A stretch of 64,000 nucleotides of DNA from a virus. Under the pieces are notes generated by a model, which worked only from the letters and a program-made list of their open reading frames with translations, was not told the origin of the DNA and made no database searches. The stretch is taken from IMG/VR virus record IMGVR_UViG_3300042691_025267, positions 16,387 to 80,386 of that record. One strand, 5' to 3'. This document shows positions 36,758 through 47,249 of the stretch, piece after piece. Each line of letters opens with the position of its first letter. The first letter of the stretch is position 1. A program made the translations under genes and the position numbers.

Positions 36758-37537
36758 TTATCTTAGTAAAAATCTTCCACAATTTCTGTTTATATTGTAG
36801 TTATGTCGCATTGCAGCCTGTTGATCATGTAGTGGTATATTATTTTCTATAAATTCCGCAGATAACTGATTGGTATAATATTCCGACAAATACAACCTAC
36901 ACCACAATTCATGATGCTTCACGGTTGGATGGTAATCTACCCAATTATCACCTGCGTTTGATTTTTTAAACACGTATGGTTTAAATTGACGATTTTGCTG
37001 TAGCCAGGTTAGCATGTTGGGTTCTTGTCCAAAATAAGAATCTATGTCGTCTACATATTCTTTATAAAATTCTTGTTCCTGTACGGGTGGGTTGAACTGT
37101 TGCAATTCATGTCCTACTGTTGGACTAATATCAAACGCTTTCATAAATTTATAATTACATCCGATACTGTCGAGTAATATTTTTGTTTGCTTAATTGCCA
37201 TCCATGTATTATAAAATCCTTGCGTAAAGGACCAATTATTATCACGCCACTGTTGTTCATATGGCAATGAATGAGCATTGAATATATTGCCATTTCTGGT
37301 CCATGCGCTCGTATAAAAATCTATTCTTGGAATACTAGTATACATTACGAACACTGTGTCGTTTGCTGTAAGTTTATTTACCTGATGACATTCTAATACT
37401 CTTGATGATATCAAATAATTACCACTACCAGCAAGTCCCCAATTTTCGTAATAATCAAAGGATTGTCCGACAATATCTGCCCACGTTGGCCATACATATT
37501 CTGTAAAACTGCAACCAAATGCAAACATTCGTTTCAT
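36758..37537 (-). CDS. SGNH/GDSL-like protein
   Basis: FGCSFT, NWGLAGSGN, DYHP. Confidence 0.7.
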   Translation of the reverse strand: MKRMFAFGCSFTEYVWPTWADIVGQSFDYYENWGLAGSGNYLISSRVLECHQVNKLTANDTVFVMYTSIPRIDFYTSAWTRNGNIFNAHSLPYEQQWRDNNWSFTQGFYNTWMAIKQTKILLDSIGCNYKFMKAFDISPTVGHELQQFNPPVQEQEFYKEYVDDIDSYFGQEPNMLTWLQQNRQFKPYVFKKSNAGDNWVDYHPTVKHHELWCRLYLSEYYTNQLSAEFIENNIPLHDQQAAMRHNYNINRNCGRFLLR

Positions 37538-38271
37538 AATTTTAACCTATCAAAAATGTTATTTGCTAATTCTGCATATCCGATCTCATTAAAATGAGAG
37601 CAAAAAGATGTGTTTTCTGGGGTGAGTTGTGGAAATTTTATATTCAAATATGCATCTTCTTGTAAATACGATACGTTTCTATCTGCTCCTTCTTTAAATA
37701 GAAAATCAAAATAGAACTTATACCCTCTTAGTTGACAGAAGTATTTTATTATTTGTATATAAAAATCTCTTTCTAGGTGTAAATCTTCTTCTGGATTTTT
37801 CATCAATTCCAACAAACCAGTTATTAATTTACTATATTCATTTCTATTATTATTGATGTGTATATCCTTTACTAATCCGTTTATAAAAAAACTTATTCGT
37901 GAAGACGAGGGGACTAGCCATATAACTGTCACATCATATCCTACAGAAAAATCAACTTCTCCATACCCACTTAAAAATCGTTTTACTTGTCCCGATGGTC
38001 CACTACCGCCACGTCCTAAATTGATAACTCTATCAAACCCCATCATTTCTTTTAGTACATTTGGCCAAGAATATTCTAAAAATCTAGACTTACTTAAAAA
38101 TAACATTTCATGAAATTTATCAATTCTATCTTCTGGCAAAGGAGTCGCCCAATTAGGATTGTGACTAATATCTTTATTTCCTAACAGAAACTCTGCAAGT
38201 TTTGTTGGATCATAATTTCCCCATCCCTCAGTAAAACTATCACCAAGCGCAATAAGTAATTTAGGTTTCAT
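37534..38271 (-). CDS. SGNH/GDSL-like protein
   Basis: LGDSFTEG, NLGRGGSG, SHFN; ATGA overlap with the upstream gene. Confidence 0.7.
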   Translation of the reverse strand: MKPKLLIALGDSFTEGWGNYDPTKLAEFLLGNKDISHNPNWATPLPEDRIDKFHEMLFLSKSRFLEYSWPNVLKEMMGFDRVINLGRGGSGPSGQVKRFLSGYGEVDFSVGYDVTVIWLVPSSSRISFFINGLVKDIHINNNRNEYSKLITGLLELMKNPEEDLHLERDFYIQIIKYFCQLRGYKFYFDFLFKEGADRNVSYLQEDAYLNIKFPQLTPENTSFCSHFNEIGYAELANNIFDRLKL

Positions 38272-39275
38272 ATATCGCATCTATTCTTAGATTTTAATGT
38301 TCTATAGTTATACTCTACTATTTCTTTTATATTTTTTTGCCATAATAACCAGTATTCGTCTGGCATAGTACTTAATCTTAATAGTTCTTTCATAATAGCG
38401 TTATGACGTTCTTCTGAATCAGTAATTGTATCGTACTCTTCATTTATAAATGGCGAAAACGTTTTGTATCCCAATTTTCTTAATTCAATCAATGCTGTTG
38501 GCCATCCTGCTATTATAAACGGGTGTTTTAATGAAATCGGTTTAAAAACCTTTTCAGAAAAAAATTTATAAGCTCCAGTAGTTTCTACGTTTACATCAAA
38601 CATAGTTTCTGTTACTACGCTAAAATAACTTTCCGAAAAATATTGAATATCATCCTCAATGATATTTGTTGGGTTCGTTCTAGTTTCTGTTATGTTTAAT
38701 CGTATGGGTAACATACCGAGTACATCGTTGAGGTTGTCGTACTGTTTATTACGAAATTTATTATCGTTTAATAAATTTTCTATACACGCCCCTTCGAAAG
38801 AAAAAAAAGATTTGTTAAATAAATTATATTTAATACTATCATATAGTAAATTAAATCTATATAGTTTTGCAACTCTATTAAAGCTCAGAAATAATTTTTT
38901 TTTATTTATTATTTCATAACTTACTTCTGGCATATGAAGTAACTGTTCAGCAGCGTTTACTTCAAATATTGGCGTATATTTTACTTCTATCTTATTTTTC
39001 CAACCAAATTTTTCAAACATCACATCATATTTTTCTTGTCCATCAATAGATCCAGTAAATGTTATAAACTTTATTGGGTGGTCTACAAAATAATCTGCAA
39101 TTCTCTGCATTTTTCTGATGTTATCACTTAACCACTCTGAGGAGTTGCTTAATACTATCACAGATACGTTTTTAGAAAGTGCAGTTTTAATTTCAGTCAC
39201 TATAGATTTAAATGCCCTTTTTATAAAGCCAAAATCTGCATTATGACCGGCGTATATATAATAGTAATTTTCCAT
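38268..39275 (-). CDS. Glycosyltransferase-like protein (GT-B type, paralog 1)
   Basis: FLSFNR...SVVTET...FSEKVFKPI...HPFII...LGYKTF...EEYD; resembles GT10-like C-domains. Confidence 0.55.
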   Translation of the reverse strand: MENYYYIYAGHNADFGFIKRAFKSIVTEIKTALSKNVSVIVLSNSSEWLSDNIRKMQRIADYFVDHPIKFITFTGSIDGQEKYDVMFEKFGWKNKIEVKYTPIFEVNAAEQLLHMPEVSYEIINKKKLFLSFNRVAKLYRFNLLYDSIKYNLFNKSFFSFEGACIENLLNDNKFRNKQYDNLNDVLGMLPIRLNITETRTNPTNIIEDDIQYFSESYFSVVTETMFDVNVETTGAYKFFSEKVFKPISLKHPFIIAGWPTALIELRKLGYKTFSPFINEEYDTITDSEERHNAIMKELLRLSTMPDEYWLLWQKNIKEIVEYNYRTLKSKNRCDI

Positions 39276-39276
39276 A

Positions 39277-40533
39277 TCACAAATATTTGAATTCGTGCTC
39301 TTGGAAGATCAGTCGTGTTTCTTCGTCCATAATATTTACTGGATTTTGATTTCTGGTATTACCGTAATGAATGATTTCTCCGGGATGTTGGAACGATGTT
39401 AATTTTCTCCACGGATCTATAACCGTTACCCAACTAGGGAACCGAATATTTTCCACGTATTCTTCCCAATAACCGATTAAATACACATCCGTCCAATCAG
39501 TTCGTAAATCAGAATCTCCTGTGTGTTCATCGTAGTAATTTACTTCTCCGCCCAATTGTTCTATATAATGTCCGACCAATAGACTAGAACTACCGTTTAA
39601 ATAAGGTACACCGGGTTTGTATGATTTACCTATTATTGTAATCTTTTTACCGTTTTCAATACATCGTTCTGCTATATTTTTTGCTTGTATTTCTCGTGCA
39701 ACCATTATAGAATCAAATAAATCATAACCTAAATTTAATTTCTTTGCCAAATATCTTAATGCAATGTTGTCACGTGGATGACACGCACCGCCGTCACCCA
39801 TTCCCGCAGTCATATACTTTGGTCCCATTATACGATCAGTGGATTTCTTTAATGCGTTAGTAACTACATCTACATTTATGTTACCGTTACGTTCAGCAAC
39901 GTCTTGTATCATATTTACCAATGCAATTTTGGTAGAGATAAATGTATTATAAAAAATTTTAATTGATTCTGCCTCATCCCATGTACCAACTTCATATCGT
40001 GGATCGTTCTGCATCATCGTTTTATAAAAATCAATTAAAATTTTAGCATCACCAGTCAATGAACCATCCTGGGTTCCTATGATTACCATTTCAGGATTTA
40101 CCATATCCCGTTCAACCGTACCCATTGCTATTAGATATGGATTATATATAAACCTATAATTTGTGGTGTGTTGTATAAATTGACTGCGTACTGTTCCTGG
40201 AAGTACTGTACTTATTAACACCACCAACTGATCTTGCGTACAGTGATTATTTAGTTCTCTGAGAACGTCTGTTACTGTGAAGTAGTCAAAGTCTCTTGGT
40301 TCTAAATGTGAAGTTGGCGTTTCTCCGCCATAAAATTCTTCATGTGGAGTTGGAACTGCCACGAATATTAATTCGGCATCCAATACTGCTTCTTGAATAC
40401 TGTTAGCCAATGGAAACTTCGGTGTCGGTGGACGCATTGGATCATATCCAGTAACCGTATGTCCAGCGTTCACCATTTCATTTGCACACGGTGCACCGAG
40501 TTTACCGCACCCAATCATAGATACTTTCATCAA
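39277..40533 (-). CDS. ugd: UDP-glucose/GDP-mannose dehydrogenase family, full length
   Basis: GCGKLG, AVPTP, STVLPG, KIFYNTF, GDGGACHPRD, SYKPG. Confidence 0.88.
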   Translation of the reverse strand: MMKVSMIGCGKLGAPCANEMVNAGHTVTGYDPMRPPTPKFPLANSIQEAVLDAELIFVAVPTPHEEFYGGETPTSHLEPRDFDYFTVTDVLRELNNHCTQDQLVVLISTVLPGTVRSQFIQHTTNYRFIYNPYLIAMGTVERDMVNPEMVIIGTQDGSLTGDAKILIDFYKTMMQNDPRYEVGTWDEAESIKIFYNTFISTKIALVNMIQDVAERNGNINVDVVTNALKKSTDRIMGPKYMTAGMGDGGACHPRDNIALRYLAKKLNLGYDLFDSIMVAREIQAKNIAERCIENGKKITIIGKSYKPGVPYLNGSSSLLVGHYIEQLGGEVNYYDEHTGDSDLRTDWTDVYLIGYWEEYVENIRFPSWVTVIDPWRKLTSFQHPGEIIHYGNTRNQNPVNIMDEETRLIFQEHEFKYL

Positions 40534-40566
40534 AACCCCTCAACTTAAAGTAATTTTTAATATATA

Positions 40567-41580
40567 TTATTCAATTTCAATTGCATCGTATTTTAATATA
40601 TTGTTTATTAAAATTGGTTTTATTATATCGGGATAGGTTGTTCCCAACTTTATAGCATGTTCTTTGTTTGCCAAAAGTTTATCTTTAACTTTATTATACA
40701 ATAAAAACTGGTCTTTCCTTGACAATAAATTAAGTCTGTGTATTTCTAATACAGCCATTTCAAATCTACGAACGTCATCTTCTATAGAATCAAATGAATA
40801 ATCAAATATTTCCTCATATAATTCAAATCCAAGTTCTTTCAACCATAAATTATAATTTATTTTGTTGATCACAATAAATGGTTTCTTTAAAAATAAAGGA
40901 ATTGTAGTTTTTTCCGTTATGAAATAATGATCTATTGTTGATTCATTTACTAGTTGTATAAACGAATTATTGTATTCTGACGGTAGAGTTCTAAATGGGT
41001 TTGGTGCGGTGAGAAACTTCTCGTCCAAAACAAGTTGTTTTTCTTTCCAGTATAGAAATTCGTAGGCATAATCCGTATATTTTCTGGTAGGTATTATCCA
41101 AGAAATTGCTTGATCATCAATCAAATTATGTTTTTGCAATAGATCCATCATTAAACATCTGTGTGGATGTGGTCTATTATTTAGAGATATTAATGTATAT
41201 TTAATATCTGCTTCGGAGTTTAATTCATATGCAAATCTATCTAAATCACCAGGTTCATCAAACCCATTATTTTGCAATGATACATTAAAAAATGCAGTTT
41301 CCCACGGAACAACATTCTTTATACAGTTAAATTTAGTAGAAGTAATATCGTGCAATAAAGCTTCCGTAGATTTCCAGCAATTAACAATGGTTATATTAAT
41401 ATGTTTTTCATTTGCCCAATCCAATAAAACATCAAAATTAAAAGAACCGTCTGCGCTGAAGAATGATACATAATTATGTTCTTGTTCATTTACCAGTATG
41501 ACCTCGTTAATATCTTGTCTTTCCCGTAATGAGTTAATGTCTATTAGATCTGCTGCTCTAGTTCCTATATACAGTCTCAT
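40567..41580 (-). CDS. Glycosyltransferase-like protein (paralog 2)
   Basis: SLNNRPHPHR...LVNEST...FITEKT...KPFIV...LGFELYEEIFDYSFD. Confidence 0.55.
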   Translation of the reverse strand: MRLYIGTRAADLIDINSLRERQDINEVILVNEQEHNYVSFFSADGSFNFDVLLDWANEKHINITIVNCWKSTEALLHDITSTKFNCIKNVVPWETAFFNVSLQNNGFDEPGDLDRFAYELNSEADIKYTLISLNNRPHPHRCLMMDLLQKHNLIDDQAISWIIPTRKYTDYAYEFLYWKEKQLVLDEKFLTAPNPFRTLPSEYNNSFIQLVNESTIDHYFITEKTTIPLFLKKPFIVINKINYNLWLKELGFELYEEIFDYSFDSIEDDVRRFEMAVLEIHRLNLLSRKDQFLLYNKVKDKLLANKEHAIKLGTTYPDIIKPILINNILKYDAIEIE

Positions 41581-41583
41581 ATA

Positions 41584-42891
41584 TCATCTCAATGTTTCCC
41601 AAAAGTCCAGTTGTATATTTTTATGTCTACTTTTAAGTACTTCAAAATTGTGATCCACTACTTCGTTCGTTTCTTGAATAAATTGTGATTTTTTTGCATG
41701 ACTCCATGAATCAATTTCTTTACATACATTTGAAATTGCAAAAACTCGTTCGCGATGGTTGTCAATAGTATCATAACTTTCATCAAACCAATTAGAAAAT
41801 GTTCTATAGCCCTTTTTCTTTAATGATACCAAAGAATTTGGTGCACCAACTAAAATAAACGGGTGTCTATATTTAATAGGCTTGAACGTCTTTTCTGTTT
41901 CTGCAATTGCATGTTGATATGCGTGGGTTTCCGTTACAACACTTAATAAAGTACCTTTATAAAAATGCTCAGTAGAATGTCCTATTTCCATTGTCATTTC
42001 TGCATGTCTCGTATGATCAGATGACAGGTGATCTATTTTTAATGGCAGAATATATTGTTGAATATACTGTAGTTCTTCTTCCGAAATATCCAGCTGTTGC
42101 GCAATGTTACGATCTACCGTCTCTATAAATGAATTTGGAGACTCAGGATTTTTTTCAGGAAATGTAAACAAAGAACTTCCCAATAAATTTTGTTTGTAGA
42201 ATGCCAAAAACAAATCAAGTCTATGTGGTCTGTATCTATAATTTAAACTCAAGAAAGTTTTATGTATGTGTCTGATGTGTCGGTCGTTTACATACTCTCG
42301 GTTTGTCAATTGTTTTGACATATTCCACTCAAACGAATCCCAACAAAATATTTTAAGTCTGTTAGATGTGGGTGTATTACGTTGATCACAAAAGTTTTGG
42401 TATAAATCATCTCCATTTGGACATCCCGTCATATAAATTACTTTATGCGGTGGTATTTGATGATTTAAAAAGTATTGTTCCATTAGATGAAAAAAGTTTG
42501 GATATACGAAAGATTCCATAGAAAAATCAAGTAACATGTATCCTTTCCCATTCCTAAGTCCATCCATCACTCTACTAGATACTTTAGAATTTTCAAATAA
42601 TCCAGTGGGAACTCCAAACGTAAATAAAGATTCCGCAGTTGTTTTATAAATGTATTGAAAATCGTATATAAAAATATCTTCTCTAGTAACTTCACTGGCA
42701 GATTTTAATACAAAGTTTTCGGGAAATTTTGATAACACCTCTTTATAAAAGTATGCGGACGTTGCCCTACGATTATCAGATATCGTTACATTTTCCACGG
42801 ATAATGCAAGATCATAAATGTTTGGCATTCGTGCATTACATAATGGACCTTGTGGTCCTATCCATTCGTAAATTACATTTATTTTAGTCAT
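41584..42891 (-). CDS. Glycosyltransferase-like protein (paralog 3)
   Basis: FLSLNYRYRPHR...SVVTET...TEKTFKPI...HPFILVG...GYRTF...DESYD. Confidence 0.55.
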   Translation of the reverse strand: MTKINVIYEWIGPQGPLCNARMPNIYDLALSVENVTISDNRRATSAYFYKEVLSKFPENFVLKSASEVTREDIFIYDFQYIYKTTAESLFTFGVPTGLFENSKVSSRVMDGLRNGKGYMLLDFSMESFVYPNFFHLMEQYFLNHQIPPHKVIYMTGCPNGDDLYQNFCDQRNTPTSNRLKIFCWDSFEWNMSKQLTNREYVNDRHIRHIHKTFLSLNYRYRPHRLDLFLAFYKQNLLGSSLFTFPEKNPESPNSFIETVDRNIAQQLDISEEELQYIQQYILPLKIDHLSSDHTRHAEMTMEIGHSTEHFYKGTLLSVVTETHAYQHAIAETEKTFKPIKYRHPFILVGAPNSLVSLKKKGYRTFSNWFDESYDTIDNHRERVFAISNVCKEIDSWSHAKKSQFIQETNEVVDHNFEVLKSRHKNIQLDFWETLR

Positions 42892-43768
42892 TATTTATTA
42901 TAGTATAAATTTGATTTGCTACTGATATTTGGTGTTTTTCGCCGAAATGAACCCCATCGTATGCTGGAAAGATGTAGTCACTTCCCGAAAAATACCAACC
43001 ACTTAATCCTTTGGTAAAATCAACTACATGTGGAACTATTCCTGTATATTGATTAAAATCTTCTATATTACAATTCCACATACTATTGATCAGTAAGTTA
43101 TAAACTTTTACGTTTAACGCTTTTAGTAATACATTAACCGCACAATAATCTTCTATGAAATCATTGCTCCACATAGTATTTGACAGTATTGCCTTATCAT
43201 AAACATCATTGATTACTCTATCGTGTAAATCTAATGCAGGATCAATTTTCCATTTTACATTTAAGTGCTGTGGAGCGCCACCCTCTCGTATGAAAGTTTT
43301 TCTTGTCGGTTCAGTCCAAAGAATTAACACTCGTTCTGGCAACGGCATTCCAGACAAGACCCACGAAAATAATGTATGTTTTACATATTTTGCGCTGGAT
43401 CCTCCTTTCCCTAAATTAAGTATTTTCGTATTCAATTTACCTTCTAGGTGATGTACCCACATTTCTGTATGACGTACACCAATTCCCTCGGTAAACGAAC
43501 ATCCAATTGCAATATCAAATTTTCTATCTTGTACAGTAGAAAACTCATAAGTTCTATATCCCATAGAATTATAGGTATAGAAATCATCTTCCATTTCATA
43601 ATAAGGCCAGTCAGAAGATGGAATGTTCAATACTTTTATTTTTTCTAAAAACTCTAGATACTGTCTTTCACTATAAGTACCGTCAAACTTAGAACTACCG
43701 ACGTTTCCATAAAAATGGGCAAAATTGAACAGTTGATTGTACTTATGTGTTGGAGAAAACTTAAGCAT
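42884..43768 (-). CDS. SGNH/GDSL-like protein
   Basis: YNSMGYR, IGCSFTEGIG, NLGKGGSS, DGVHFG. Start moved to ATG 43768. Confidence 0.68.
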   Translation of the reverse strand: MLKFSPTHKYNQLFNFAHFYGNVGSSKFDGTYSERQYLEFLEKIKVLNIPSSDWPYYEMEDDFYTYNSMGYRTYEFSTVQDRKFDIAIGCSFTEGIGVRHTEMWVHHLEGKLNTKILNLGKGGSSAKYVKHTLFSWVLSGMPLPERVLILWTEPTRKTFIREGGAPQHLNVKWKIDPALDLHDRVINDVYDKAILSNTMWSNDFIEDYCAVNVLLKALNVKVYNLLINSMWNCNIEDFNQYTGIVPHVVDFTKGLSGWYFSGSDYIFPAYDGVHFGEKHQISVANQIYTIINND

Positions 43769-44738
43769 TACTAAAACTCCGTTTAGGAATAATGATATCT
43801 GTCCCGCAGTGGCAATGGTATTTATTGCAAGAAATAGTTTTCGGACCAACTCCGTCAACGTTTTCTAAAATATGTCCCACGTTGCCAGACAATCCGCAAC
43901 TAGCCATTGATACATATCCCGCTGGGTTGATAAAAATACTGTCACCAATGTCACAGTCCCATCCAGTAAAAAAGTTTTCCCGTTTAATAATCAATTCGTT
44001 ACTATTAGTGGGGGAGGTTGACCCATCGTCCCATCTGTTAAGAGAAACTGCTTGACTTTCCTTGTAAATTTTATTCGGTGGCCATTTTACTTCCAAATCC
44101 CGATGTTCTTCCAGCCACCTATCTTTAAAAGATTCCTTATATTTCCAAGGTGAAGCGTTTCCCGACATTTCGTCAAATAACGGAGTCCACTCAATAACAT
44201 ATCCAGGAAGTTTTTCTTTTAACATTTCCCCGTACTCTACTACTTCCCAAAAACGTTCCTCGTGCATCAACATTTTATTACAAAAATAACTAATCTTGTC
44301 ACACATTAATAAACTATTTTCAAGATATCGTTGTTTGTTTACACTTTCAATGTGAAAACTTGCCACAACATCATCAAATAAATGATAATATTTTTCCCAC
44401 CAATCCGTAGCGCGACTGAGATTGGTGTTAATTGCTATCGTGTTGTTTGGGGTATATTCTTTAAAAAATTCTACTACTGGTAATAGGTTCTTCCAGATGG
44501 TTGGTTCTCCACCACTTAGGTATATTTTAAATGCATCATATCCACCGTCTAAATACCTGTCAACGATCAATTTTAAATTTTTTAAATATATATTTAAATT
44601 TTGACTGTTTTTATGGTTACCACTCCAGTTACCAGGATTACAATATGAGCATTTATAATTACAATGATCATTTACCTGCCACGTGATGGCTAAGTATTTA
44701 GTTTTTGGATAAATTTCTAAGAGTTTTTTCTCAGCCAT
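43761..44738 (-). CDS. Radical SAM protein with C-terminal Cys cluster
   Basis: CNYKCSYC, SGGEPT, NTNLS; C-terminal GWDC...SC...C...CHC. Confidence 0.92.
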   Translation of the reverse strand: MAEKKLLEIYPKTKYLAITWQVNDHCNYKCSYCNPGNWSGNHKNSQNLNIYLKNLKLIVDRYLDGGYDAFKIYLSGGEPTIWKNLLPVVEFFKEYTPNNTIAINTNLSRATDWWEKYYHLFDDVVASFHIESVNKQRYLENSLLMCDKISYFCNKMLMHEERFWEVVEYGEMLKEKLPGYVIEWTPLFDEMSGNASPWKYKESFKDRWLEEHRDLEVKWPPNKIYKESQAVSLNRWDDGSTSPTNSNELIIKRENFFTGWDCDIGDSIFINPAGYVSMASCGLSGNVGHILENVDGVGPKTISCNKYHCHCGTDIIIPKRSFSNA

Positions 44739-46009
44739 AGATATAGTTCCGTTAATTCAGGTATACTTTCGTACCACAGTTCATTTCTAAGTCCATCGTA
44801 TTTTTTATTCTTATCAAAAAATTCTTTCAATAAACCTACATTTGCTTCTGCTTTTTCTAATGCACCACACACAGTTCTAAATTGCCCAACGTTTTGCTCA
44901 TACTGTTCGGAATCCAAATATTTACCCTTGATCCAGTGGAAATGGTACCACCACTTGTCTTCCAACTTAGCAGCAATTTCTCGTGGTAGATTACCTATAT
45001 TCATTTCTGGAGGATACGTTAAAATGTTTAATCGTAAACCAGATACGTCAATCAACCCTTCCTCTATGAGCCACCGATGAAAATCTGGAAAACTGAACAC
45101 GTTGAATAGTGATATTGTCGGAGTTATTCCTAATTTTACATGCGGTACGTATTTCTTAATATCAAGTAAATTTTTATGTATTTGTTTCCACTCGGTACCA
45201 TGACGCAACAATTCTGCAACATCATCTCGACCATCTAAACTAGCCCAAATCTGTACGTTCGGAAATTTTTCCCAGTACTCAATTGCATGTTTATTTTTAT
45301 ACCGAAGAGTCAATAAATTTGTAGTGTACGTTAGTTCCACATTAGTATGATTGTGTTCTATCCAATAATCCAAAATATCATAATGTTCGTTCGTAATTAA
45401 CGATTCTCCTCCGGCAAAATACACTTCTTCCGTATCCAATAAGTATGGCTTTAATTTAGTCAGTAGAGTTCCATCGTCGTTTGCGTTTACTACAGTACTG
45501 TCCATATTAAAGAATTTTTTTAGATCCTTTTTACCAGACTTACCCTGCATCTTGACAAATTCATCTGCCCATCTACTACTACATCCCGGTCCACACGTAC
45601 GACACTTCATATTACAAATATTACTAAAGCGTATATCTAAGTATTTTAGTTTAAACTTGTTAATTGATCCATCTGTATTAGTACTTTCTACCAAATCAAT
45701 TGACTGTTCATATCGTCTGGCATTATTTGATTTACGCATGGACCAAATACCCATATCTTCCAAATCATAACACCGTTTGCAAACGTCAACATATTCATCG
45801 TTTAACATTTTTAAACGCATCTCATTAAAATCTGGACTGTTCATAATATCCAGTACGGTGTCTTTATCTGTAGAAGATACAGGCTTATTAGAGTCTGCTA
45901 TACAACATGGCATAACTCGTTTATCTGGCCATGCATGAAAATGTATCCACGGCAGAATACAAAAATGTTTTGTTTCTGAAATAACCGGTAATTGTTTAGA
46001 TAGACTCAT
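44717..46009 (-). CDS. Radical SAM protein with N-terminal SPASM/twitch-like domain
   Basis: FCILPW, PCC, CKRCY, CNMKCRTC, YFAGGE, ASLDG. Confidence 0.92.
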   Translation of the reverse strand: MSLSKQLPVISETKHFCILPWIHFHAWPDKRVMPCCIADSNKPVSSTDKDTVLDIMNSPDFNEMRLKMLNDEYVDVCKRCYDLEDMGIWSMRKSNNARRYEQSIDLVESTNTDGSINKFKLKYLDIRFSNICNMKCRTCGPGCSSRWADEFVKMQGKSGKKDLKKFFNMDSTVVNANDDGTLLTKLKPYLLDTEEVYFAGGESLITNEHYDILDYWIEHNHTNVELTYTTNLLTLRYKNKHAIEYWEKFPNVQIWASLDGRDDVAELLRHGTEWKQIHKNLLDIKKYVPHVKLGITPTISLFNVFSFPDFHRWLIEEGLIDVSGLRLNILTYPPEMNIGNLPREIAAKLEDKWWYHFHWIKGKYLDSEQYEQNVGQFRTVCGALEKAEANVGLLKEFFDKNKKYDGLRNELWYESIPELTELYLWLRKNS

Positions 46010-47249
46010 ACCATTCCTTTAATTCTGGGTAGGTTTCTGAAAAGTTGTCGTTGCGGATACTATCAAAGTGTTGCGTGAGTTGTTTAAACTTCAGTTGGTG
46101 TTCTCGTACAGGGTCTAATTCTTCTTGAATAAAATGATAAATATCTGTTAATCCGTGCGCAATTGGACCATCTGGTGCGGTTTCTAACCACTGACCAATT
46201 TTACTCTTTATATCACGTTTCATTTCTCTCGTAAATACGTTGTTTAAATTATAATGGTCAGGATTTATAAGTTTGTAAAAAGAACAGTGCGTATTATGTA
46301 AATCTATTACTTGGTGTTGTTGTAAATTTTCTAAAAATTCTATAATAGTATATGCGTTAAACACTCCCACCACACAATTAAATCGTATTGATACGGTTGG
46401 GCAGTTATTCCGAATGAACTGTAGGTTTCCTATTACTTCACTCCACACGGTACCCTTTCGCATATACTCTGCTCTCGCACCAAATGAGTCCAGACTGGCA
46501 TAAAATTCTACTTGTTTAAATTTATTCCATAGATCAGTAACGTGTGTATTACCAAATTTTAATTTACTACTGTTACTGTTATATCGCAAAACAAGATCCG
46601 TATTATTATTCTCAATCAAGAACTGGAGTATTTCGTAGTGTTCGGGAGTAATCAGTGGTTCCCCACCTGCAAAATATAACATTTCCAATTCTCCTAGATG
46701 TGGCTTAAACTGCTCTAAAAGATTTGGATTTCCATTTGATGCATGCATCAATCCATTAACTTCGCCGTATCCTTGTTTGAAGGATTCGGCCGCCCACGTG
46801 GAAGAAAACATATCTCCACACGTACGACATTTAAAATTACACAAGTTACTGAACCGTACGTCGAAATATTTTAGATGCATACCAGGAAGATATCCATCAT
46901 TTTCTGTTACTTTAGTTAAATCAAAATGATGACCAAACTCATTATTTGCAAAATTACGAAATGAAAAACCACCGCCTCCAGTAGATTCGTGCTTATAACA
47001 ATTTGCACATCCATCAACTCGTTCTCCAGCAAGTAATTTTTTACGAATTACTTTTAAATCCTCACCATTCCAAATTTCATCAATTGTTTGTTCACGAACG
47101 TTACCTATTGGATTTTCGTATTTTGTAGTACAGCACGGGTACGTGGCCCCATCTGTGTTCACATACAGATGAAGCCACGGAAACATACAAAATGTTTTAT
47201 TATGTGTTAATAACTGGGAGAGTTCTGGATGTTGATTCATTTGCCCCAC
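45996..47249 (-). CDS. Radical SAM protein with N-terminal SPASM/twitch-like domain
   Basis: FCMFPW, PCC, IWN, CANCY, CNFKCRTC, YFAGGEP. Confidence 0.92.
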   Translation of the reverse strand: MGQMNQHPELSQLLTHNKTFCMFPWLHLYVNTDGATYPCCTTKYENPIGNVREQTIDEIWNGEDLKVIRKKLLAGERVDGCANCYKHESTGGGGFSFRNFANNEFGHHFDLTKVTENDGYLPGMHLKYFDVRFSNLCNFKCRTCGDMFSSTWAAESFKQGYGEVNGLMHASNGNPNLLEQFKPHLGELEMLYFAGGEPLITPEHYEILQFLIENNNTDLVLRYNSNSSKLKFGNTHVTDLWNKFKQVEFYASLDSFGARAEYMRKGTVWSEVIGNLQFIRNNCPTVSIRFNCVVGVFNAYTIIEFLENLQQHQVIDLHNTHCSFYKLINPDHYNLNNVFTREMKRDIKSKIGQWLETAPDGPIAHGLTDIYHFIQEELDPVREHQLKFKQLTQHFDSIRNDNFSETYPELKEWYESI

